A stretch of DNA of 64,000 bases from Candidatus Nomurabacteria bacterium GW2011_GWE2_34_25 (lineage in GTDB: Bacteria > Patescibacteriota > Minisyncoccia > Phycocordibacterales > UBA9973). A program made the translations under genes and the position numbers. Under the pieces are notes generated by a model that made no database searches, was not told the origin of the DNA, and saw only the letters and a list, made by a program, of their open reading frames with translations. Below are positions 20,915 through 27,577 of this stretch, piece after piece (position 1 is the first letter of the stretch; each line of letters starts with the position of its first letter). The stretch lies in the NCBI GenBank assembly GCA_000990325.1, contig LBPS01000008.1, positions 97 through 64,096 of the forward strand. The letters are read 5' to 3'.

Positions 20915-21689
20915 AAAACAAATAGCCAAGAGAAAAAGATTAATTAAGAATATTATTTTCTTTGTGGGATTTTTATTGTTAGCTGTTAGTGGAATTCTTG
21001 CGTATACAAGTGGATTAATACACTCTATTGGTAGGCCTATATGGAAGACTAAGATTGCTGTAGAGAATGTAGTAGAGGATACAGGCTATGTTTTTCGCTC
21101 AAAGTCATCGGTTTACAAAGAGAATGAAAATTTATTAAGAGAAAATGCGGATCTTAAAAATTTAATGATTGACTACAATATTTTGAAGAATGAAAACATT
21201 GTTTTGAAAGAATTATTTAATCGCACCTTACCAGAGAACAATCTTGTTCTGTCAAATATTTTAACGAAACCAAATTATTCGCCTTACGATACTATCATTA
21301 TAGATATTGGCGCCAATGAGAAAATTGCAGTTGGAGATAAAGTTTATTCAAATATTGTTACCCCGATAGGAGAGGTAAGTGTTGTATACAATAATTCTTC
21401 ACTAGTCACCTTATATTCCAATCCAGGGCAAGTTACTGAGGCCATGATAGATGGTTCAAATACAAGTGTAGAGCTTGTTGGTCGTGGCGGAGGCAATTTT
21501 GAAATGACAATACCTATCGATTTACCTTTTACAACTGGAGCATTTGTTTATTTGCCAAATATAGAGACGGAGGTAGTAGCTACGATTGAAGATGTTATTT
21601 CTTCTCCCAATGACCCTGTAAAAAAGGTTCTTCTAAGTTCTCCTGTAAATGTACAAAGTCTAAAATGGGTTTTTGTAAAAAGAAATTAA
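20892..21689 (+). CDS. mreC: Rod shape-determining protein MreC
   Basis: Overlaps the 3' end of mreB. It has an N-terminal TM helix, a coiled-coil region and C-terminal beta domains. Confidence 0.7.
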   Translation: MIHQFRDKKQIAKRKRLIKNIIFFVGFLLLAVSGILAYTSGLIHSIGRPIWKTKIAVENVVEDTGYVFRSKSSVYKENENLLRENADLKNLMIDYNILKNENIVLKELFNRTLPENNLVLSNILTKPNYSPYDTIIIDIGANEKIAVGDKVYSNIVTPIGEVSVVYNNSSLVTLYSNPGQVTEAMIDGSNTSVELVGRGGGNFEMTIPIDLPFTTGAFVYLPNIETEVVATIEDVISSPNDPVKKVLLSSPVNVQSLKWVFVKRN

Positions 21690-21707
21690 ACATTGTATAA
21701 TTATAAG

Positions 21708-21735
21708 TATTCTACAATTCTATAGAATTGTAGAA
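21708..21735. promoter_or_regulatory. 28-bp perfect palindrome ATTCTACAATTCTATAGAATTGTAGAAT (candidate operator) upstream of paralog 2
   Basis: Exactly self-complementary, and 33 bp upstream of the start at 21768. Near-identical palindromes occur at 23493 and 48432, with a half-site at 23789. Confidence 0.7.
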
Positions 21736-21767
21736 TAGATTAATCTTAGATAATATTAATTAAATAT

Positions 21768-23465
21768 ATGCAAAGTGAAATTAAAATTTGTCAAAACTGT
21801 AAAAATGATTTCACTATAGATCCTGAGGATTTTTTATTTTATGAGAAAATAAAAGTTCCTCCACCAACCTTTTGTCCACATTGTCGGTTTGTACGACGAT
21901 TAATATGGAAAAACGAACGGTCTTTATATAAAAGAAAATGTGATATGTGCCAAGAAAGTATTATTTCAATGTATAATGAAAAAGTAGCTTTTTATGTATA
22001 TTGTTCTTCTTGTTACAAAAGTGATAAATGGGAAGCAGGAGAATATGCGCAAAACTATGATTTTAGTAAAGCATTTTTTACACAATGGAAAGAATTGTTT
22101 AATAAAGTTTCAAGGCAGTCACTATGGCAATTTGGTGATTGTATAGATTCAGAATATGCTAATTTTGTATATTTTTCTAAAAATGTATATTTAAGTAGTT
22201 CTATTATAGACGGGTCCGAAGATGTATATTTTTCAAATAACGTTGATGGATCAAAACAAGTAATAGATTCATTTAATGTATTAAAGAGCGAATTAATTTA
22301 TCAAAATATCAGTGGAAATAAAAATTATAATTGTCAATACTCATATTGGTCAACTGGATGTATAGATTGTAATTTCATACTTGATTGTAATAATTGCCAA
22401 GATTGTTTTGGTTGTGTAAATTTACAAAATAAAAGATATTGTATTTGGAATATTCAATATACAAAAGAACAGTATGAAGAGAAGATGAAAGAATTAAATA
22501 CAGGCAAGCACTCTTTTGTTGAAGAGTTTTCAAAAATATTTTGGGAATTTACATTAGAATTTCCAAGGAAACATGCAAGAATTATTAATTCTATTGATTC
22601 TACTGGTGATGAGCTTAGAAATAATAAAAATACCTCAAGTTCTTTTAATGTTTATGATTCTGAAAATCTTAAATATACATACAGATGTGTTCACGCAAAA
22701 GATTCCATGGATATTTGTCATTCATATGCAGAGCACGCGTATGAGCATGCTTTTGCTGGTGCTGAGAACAGTCAGAACATTAAATTTGTTATTACAGGAG
22801 AAGTTGCTTTAAGCATGGTTGAGTATTTAGATGCCTGTAAATCTTCCTCTAATCTCTTCGGTTGCATAGGTCTCAAAAACAAACAGTATTGTATTTTAAA
22901 TAAGCAATATACAAAAGAAGAATACGAAGAAATGATACCAAAAATTAAACAACATATGGATGAAATGCCGTATATAGATAGTAAGGGCAGGGTATATAAG
23001 TATGGAGAATTCTTTCCTTATGAACTATGTCCATTTGGATACAACGAAGCTGTTATAAATGATCATTTTCCATTAACCAAAGAAGAAACAATAGAAAGGG
23101 GATATCCATACAAAGAAAAGATAGATAACAAATATACAATTACTTTAAAAGCCAAAGATATACCAGATGATATAAAAGATGTAGACGATTCTATACTAAA
23201 TGAAGTTATAGAGTGTGAAGCATCAGGTAAAGCATTTAAAATAACTCCATTTGAACTTCAATTTTACAAACGTATGAATATTCCCATCCCTAGACTTCAT
23301 CCAGATGAAAGATACAAGAAACGCTTAGCTCTGAGGAATCCGATGACTCTATATACTCGCACTTGTATGAATGAAGGTTGCACAAATACATTTGAGACTA
23401 CCTATGCTCCAAATAGGCCAGAGATAGTATATTGTAAAGAATGTTACCAGAGGGAAGTGTATTAG
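21768..23465 (+). CDS. Cys-rich repeat protein with terminal tandem zinc ribbons (paralog 2 of 4)
   Basis: 565 aa. N-terminal CQNCKNDFTI...FYEKIKVPPPTFCPHCR, C-terminal RTCMNEGCTNTFETTYAPNRPEIVYCKECYQREVY, and internal NCNNCQDCFGCVNLQNKRYCIWNIQYTKEQYEE repeats. Confidence 0.8.
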   Translation: MQSEIKICQNCKNDFTIDPEDFLFYEKIKVPPPTFCPHCRFVRRLIWKNERSLYKRKCDMCQESIISMYNEKVAFYVYCSSCYKSDKWEAGEYAQNYDFSKAFFTQWKELFNKVSRQSLWQFGDCIDSEYANFVYFSKNVYLSSSIIDGSEDVYFSNNVDGSKQVIDSFNVLKSELIYQNISGNKNYNCQYSYWSTGCIDCNFILDCNNCQDCFGCVNLQNKRYCIWNIQYTKEQYEEKMKELNTGKHSFVEEFSKIFWEFTLEFPRKHARIINSIDSTGDELRNNKNTSSSFNVYDSENLKYTYRCVHAKDSMDICHSYAEHAYEHAFAGAENSQNIKFVITGEVALSMVEYLDACKSSSNLFGCIGLKNKQYCILNKQYTKEEYEEMIPKIKQHMDEMPYIDSKGRVYKYGEFFPYELCPFGYNEAVINDHFPLTKEETIERGYPYKEKIDNKYTITLKAKDIPDDIKDVDDSILNEVIECEASGKAFKITPFELQFYKRMNIPIPRLHPDERYKKRLALRNPMTLYTRTCMNEGCTNTFETTYAPNRPEIVYCKECYQREVY

Positions 23466-23492
23466 TAGTTTATTTTATATTATAAATAGTAT

Positions 23493-23520
23493 TCTATAAT
23501 TCTATAGAATTATAGAATAG
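23493..23520. promoter_or_regulatory. 28-bp perfect palindrome ATTCTATAATTCTATAGAATTATAGAAT, 12 bp upstream of the ArsR-like gene
   Basis: Perfectly self-complementary. It shares the TTCTATAGAA core with 21708 and 48432. Confidence 0.7.
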
Positions 23521-23531
23521 AAATAAATATT

Positions 23532-23804
23532 ATGAGAAAAACAAATAGAGAATTAGAAAGAATAGTTAAAGGGTTTGCAAATCACAGAAGAATTGAAATA
23601 TTATTCCTACTAGATAAGAATCCAGATTTGTCTGTTCTTGCGATTTCTGATAGATTGAAGTCTGATTTTAAAAATATTTCAGCTCATATAAGTAAAATGT
23701 ATATTGCGGGACTTTTAGTTAAAAGAAGTATGGGGAATACAGTTTGTCATAAACTTACGAAGCGTGGTAAATCTATTCTACAATTCGTTAGAATTATAGA
23801 ATAG
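23532..23804 (+). CDS. ArsR/SmtB-family winged-helix transcriptional regulator
   Basis: 90 aa containing ANHRRIEILFLL...LSVLAISDRL...NISAHISKMYIAGLL, the ArsR HTH signature. Confidence 0.7.
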   Translation: MRKTNRELERIVKGFANHRRIEILFLLDKNPDLSVLAISDRLKSDFKNISAHISKMYIAGLLVKRSMGNTVCHKLTKRGKSILQFVRIIE

Positions 23805-23806
23805 AT
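23789..23806. promoter_or_regulatory. Half-site copy (GAATTATAGAATAG) of the palindromic motif, upstream of tgt
   Basis: Matches the right arm of the 28-bp palindrome. It lies about 30 bp upstream of the tgt start. Confidence 0.4.
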
Positions 23807-23833
23807 TTATTTTAAATTTAAAAAATATATTAG

Positions 23834-25079
23834 ATGAAAGCGATTGATTTTAAAATAGAAAAAAAGTTGGAAGGATTTTTAGGTAGAGCAGGGACTCTGA
23901 CTACACCTCATGGAGTTATAGAGACTCCATCTTTTGTCGTTGTGGGGACGAAGGGGACAGTCAAAGCTATGACTCCCGAACAGCTCAAGGAGATAGGTGT
24001 GCAAGTTACACTTGCCAATACTTACCATCTTTATTTACAACCAGGAAGTGATTTAGTACGTGAGGCAGGAGGCTTACATAAGTTTATGAATTGGCAGGGG
24101 CCCATGATGACAGACTCTGGTGGATTCCAAGTATTTTCTCTTGGTGTGGCTTACGGCAAAGAGCTTTCCAAAGTTGTTTCTGTAAAGGCTTGCAACCATA
24201 GGGAACGACGGAGTTTCTTTCCGATCACACTTAGATGGATCGCTTCATTATATAACTCCAGAGAAGTCTATCGAGATTCAGCACAACTTAGGAGCCGATA
24301 TTATATTTGCTTTTGATGAATGTACCTCGCCGACAGAAAGTGAACGCTATCAAGATGAAGCATTGTCTCGCACTCACTCTTGGGCCAAGAGGAGTTTGGA
24401 GGAGCATAAGAAACGGGAGGAAGCAAAGCAAGAATATGCGAATTCTTCACGCTTTACCCTAGAGGGGCCCTACGCTGATAAGAATTTTCATATTCCTATT
24501 TCGCCTTGGCCCCAGGCTCTCTTTGGCATTGTCCAAGGAGGACGTAGTGAAGAGCTTAGGAAGAAGTCTGCTAAAGTTATAGGAGAAATGGACTTCGATG
24601 GTTTTGGGATTGGTGGATCTTTTGCCAAAGAGGATATGTCGACTGCTGTAAAGTGGGTCAATGAAGTGCTCCCAGAAGACAAACCTCGCCATTTACTAGG
24701 TATCGGTGAACCGGAAGATCTTTTCTCTGGAGTAGAAAACGGGGTTGATCTTTTTGATTGTGTGGCACCCACTCGTATTGCTCGCAACGGAACGATGTTT
24801 ACAAAGAACGGCAAGATAAATATTTTGAATGCTAAGTTTGTAAAAGATTTTAATCCGATAGACGAAGGGTGCAAGTGTAATACTTGTACAAATTATACTC
24901 GTGCATATCTTTCACACCTCTTTCGTGCTAAAGAAATGCTAGGAGCAACTTTGGCTTCTATTCACAATGTCTACTTTATAACCAATCTAGTAAAACAAAT
25001 GCGCGATGCTATACTAAATGATACGTTTCAAGATTTTAAAAATGAATTTTTAAAAAATTATGACAGACAAAGTATTTAA
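23834..25079 (+). pseudogene. tgt: Queuine tRNA-ribosyltransferase interrupted by a +1 frameshift near 24180 (pseudogene or sequence error)
   Basis: Frame 2 encodes the N-terminal TGT part up to [11 protein letters not shown]. After a TAA at 24183, frame 3 continues with [21 protein letters not shown]...DECTSP... and the C-terminal Zn site CKCNTCTNYTRAYLSHL. The two pieces align end to end with canonical Tgt. Confidence 0.85.
24440..24491 (+). repeat. In-frame palindromic insertion element inside tgt (encodes NSSRFTLEGPYADKNFH)
   Basis: gaattcttcacgctttaccctagaggggccctacgctgataagaattttcat is about 80% identical to a segment inside uvrA at 28637-28690. It is absent from canonical Tgt at this position. 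Confidence 0.65.
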
Positions 25080-27273
25080 ATTAAAGAGTGGGTACAAGCC
25101 CGATGGCGACCAGCCAAAGGCCATAAAAGAGCTTCTGGAAGGTCTTAAGAAGGGTTTTGATAAACAGACGCTCCTAGGTGCTACTGGTACAGGGAAGACT
25201 TTCACGATAGCCAATGTTATCGAAGAGTGGGGGAAGCCGACCTTGGTCATAGCCCACAACAAGACTCTCGCTGCTCAGCTGGCTCAAGAATTTAGGGAGT
25301 TTTTCCCTGATGCCGCTGTACACTATTTTGTGTCTTATTATGATTACTATCAGCCAGAAGCATACATGCCAGTGACCGATACTTATATAGAGAAAGATGC
25401 TCAGATAAACAAAGAGATAGATAGGCTTCGCCATGCCACTACGCAGTCACTTCTTACACGCAAGGACGTTATTATTGTGGCTTCTGTTTCTTGTATTTAT
25501 GGTCTTGGAAGTCCAGAAGAATACGAGAAGGTAAATTTGAAACTTGAAATTGGATCCAAGATTGGAAGGACAGAATTAATGCGAAAGTTACTCGGAGTTC
25601 ATTTTGAAAGAACGAACTCAGACCTTACTCCAGGAACTTTCCGTTCTATTGGAGATAGAGTAGAAGTCATGCCTATATCGGAGACTTTTGTATATCAAAT
25701 AGAATTTGTAGGAGGTGCTATTTCTAAAATTTTAAAAGTAGACCCTGTGTCTGCCCATGTTCTGAAAGAAGAGAGTGGTATTTTCCTTTTTCCAGCCAAG
25801 CACTTTATTACCGAGACAGAGAAAGTAAAAGTGGCATTAAAGAATATTAAACTTGAGCTTACACAACAATTAAAAAAGTTTGAGAAGGAAGGCAAGCTTC
25901 TGGAGGCAGAAAGGATAAAGAGAAGAACCAATTATGATTTAGCAATGATCAAGGAAGTTGGATATTGTAGTGGTATCGAGAATTATAGTAGACAGCTTTC
26001 TGGCAAGAAGGAAGGGGAAGCTCCAGATACACTTCTCTCGTATTTCAAGAGTGATTTCTTAACTATTATCGATGAATCTCATGTGACTCTTCCTCAGCTA
26101 GGTGGTATGTATGCAGGCGATGCTTCTCGCAAGAAGACTCTTGTAGACTTCGGCTTCCGTCTGCCTTCTGCCAAGGACAATAGGCCTCTTAAGTATAATG
26201 AATTTGAAGAAAGAATTGGAGATGTGATATATGTATCAGCAACCCCAAGCGAGACAGAGAGGACAACTAGTGCTCAAGTTGTTGAACAGATTATTCGCCC
26301 AACAGGATTGATAGATCCAGAAATATTGGTAAGACCGGTTTCTGCAACAGAGGCTTCAGAATTTTTGAAAAATAATCGCTTATCCCTACCGAATTCTGAC
26401 AGTAGTCAGAATTCGGCGCGCGTCCACACCTACGATTATTTTTCTAAAAATTCTTTCGCCTCTTATCCTGGCCAAATTGAAGACTTTGTAGAAGAAGCAA
26501 ACCGAGTTATTAAAAAGGGTTTCCGTGCTATTGCTACGACTTTGACCAAGAATATGGCGGAGGACCTAACTTTATTTTTGAAAGAAAAGGGATTCAAAGC
26601 AGAGTACTTACATAGTGATATTAAAACCATAGAGAGAATTCAAATACTTTCTTCTTTTAGAAGAGGGGACTTTGATATTCTTATAGGAGTCAATTTACTC
26701 CGCGAAGGATTAGACTTACCCGAGCTAGCCTTGATAGGAATCTTGGATGCAGACAAGGAAGGTTTCCTTCGTTCGGAAACTTCTCTGATTCAGATTATAG
26801 GAAGAGCTGCTCGAAACGTAGAGGGGAGAGTTGTACTTTATGCTGATCGTATGACCAAGGCCCTAGAGAGTGCCATAGGAGAGACAAATAGAAGAAGAGA
26901 TATCCAGATAGCTTACAACAAGAAGCATGGTATTACTCCCCAGACTATTATAAAAAAGATTAATGATATTACCGAAGAGCTCGAGAACAAGCACGAGAAG
27001 GCGGTGAATGCAGAGCTAGACTTAGATGTAGAATTGTTCAAGAAGACTTTTGTAACAAGTAAAAGTAATAAGGGTAAAGGGGAAAGAGAATCTATCAAGA
27101 ATTTACTTCTTTCAGATGAAGATAGGAACAAATCTATTTATGAAAAAATTATAAAGATAAAAGAGAAGGAAATGAATAAAGCGGTGAAGGAACTAGACTT
27201 CGAAACTGCTGCTATATTACGAGATGAGATTATTATTTTGAATGATAAGTTTTTAAATAAAAATACAAAATAA
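25060..27273 (+). CDS. uvrB: Excinuclease ABC subunit B
   Basis: Walker A GATGTGKTF, helicase motifs, and the C-terminal UvrB/UvrC interaction motif ELDFETAAILRDEI. It carries an extra ~40-aa insertion. Confidence 0.95.
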   Translation: MTDKVFKLKSGYKPDGDQPKAIKELLEGLKKGFDKQTLLGATGTGKTFTIANVIEEWGKPTLVIAHNKTLAAQLAQEFREFFPDAAVHYFVSYYDYYQPEAYMPVTDTYIEKDAQINKEIDRLRHATTQSLLTRKDVIIVASVSCIYGLGSPEEYEKVNLKLEIGSKIGRTELMRKLLGVHFERTNSDLTPGTFRSIGDRVEVMPISETFVYQIEFVGGAISKILKVDPVSAHVLKEESGIFLFPAKHFITETEKVKVALKNIKLELTQQLKKFEKEGKLLEAERIKRRTNYDLAMIKEVGYCSGIENYSRQLSGKKEGEAPDTLLSYFKSDFLTIIDESHVTLPQLGGMYAGDASRKKTLVDFGFRLPSAKDNRPLKYNEFEERIGDVIYVSATPSETERTTSAQVVEQIIRPTGLIDPEILVRPVSATEASEFLKNNRLSLPNSDSSQNSARVHTYDYFSKNSFASYPGQIEDFVEEANRVIKKGFRAIATTLTKNMAEDLTLFLKEKGFKAEYLHSDIKTIERIQILSSFRRGDFDILIGVNLLREGLDLPELALIGILDADKEGFLRSETSLIQIIGRAARNVEGRVVLYADRMTKALESAIGETNRRRDIQIAYNKKHGITPQTIIKKINDITEELENKHEKAVNAELDLDVELFKKTFVTSKSNKGKGERESIKNLLLSDEDRNKSIYEKIIKIKEKEMNKAVKELDFETAAILRDEIIILNDKFLNKNTK
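26355..26475 (+). repeat. In-frame ~120-bp insertion in uvrB containing a 28-bp perfect palindrome (ccgaattctgacagtagtcagaattcgg) plus a segment related to the tgt/uvrA elements
   Basis: The perfect palindrome lies at 26389-26416. The downstream tttctaaaaattctttcgcctcttatcctgg resembles aaaaattcttcgcgctttaccctaaaggg in uvrA. The encoded ASEFLKNNRLSLPNSDSSQNSARVHTYDYFSKNSFASYPG is extra relative to canonical UvrB. Confidence 0.55.
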
Positions 27274-27276
27274 AAA

Positions 27277-27310
27277 AGCCACTCCAGTTGTTGGAATGGC
27301 CTTCGTTTTG
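27277..27310 (+). terminator. Hairpin after uvrB (gccactccag-ttgt-tggaatggc) followed by T-rich tract
   Basis: A 9-10 bp stem with one mismatch, followed by ttcgtttt. Confidence 0.5.
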
Positions 27311-27364
27311 ATTAGACATGTAATGGCGTAACCTGTCTCTTTATTGAGTGAAAAGAATTTTTGT

Positions 27365-27438
27365 AGCCGAAAACGAGGACTCGAACCCGCGACCCCAACC
27401 TTGTCCATGTTGTGCTCTACCAACTGAGCTATTTCGGC
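27365..27438 (-). tRNA. tRNA gene with a non-canonical anticodon and T arm; isotype uncertain (best reading anticodon GAC, Val)
   Basis: Acceptor GCCGAAA/TTTCGGC. The D arm is identical to that of tRNA-Thr at 16252. Anticodon region CAACA-TGGACAA-GGTTG with G at position 33. The T arm pairs only with wobbles and an 8-nt loop. Confidence 0.6.
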
Positions 27439-27478
27439 ATATATTTATTTCAATTCCATATTACTTATTTTGAGATCT

Positions 27479-27507
27479 TTGTCAAGTCTAAGGTTTTGTG
27501 TTATCAT
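27479..27507 (+). promoter_or_regulatory. Candidate sigma-70 promoter TTGTCA-17bp-TATCAT upstream of uvrA
   Basis: Hexamers with a 17-bp spacer about 70 bp upstream of the uvrA start. A weak hairpin lies between promoter and start. Confidence 0.35.
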
Positions 27508-27577
27508 GTTAGTAACTAAATATCAGTATACACCCCCTAAGAACTTTGGGAGGTGTCGTTATGTGTTTAAGTAATTT

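Noticed and set aside
24459-24874. Antisense ORFs 24459-24692 and 24488-24874 within tgt
   Set aside because: They lie opposite a conserved tgt frame and have Pro/Ser-rich nonsense translations.
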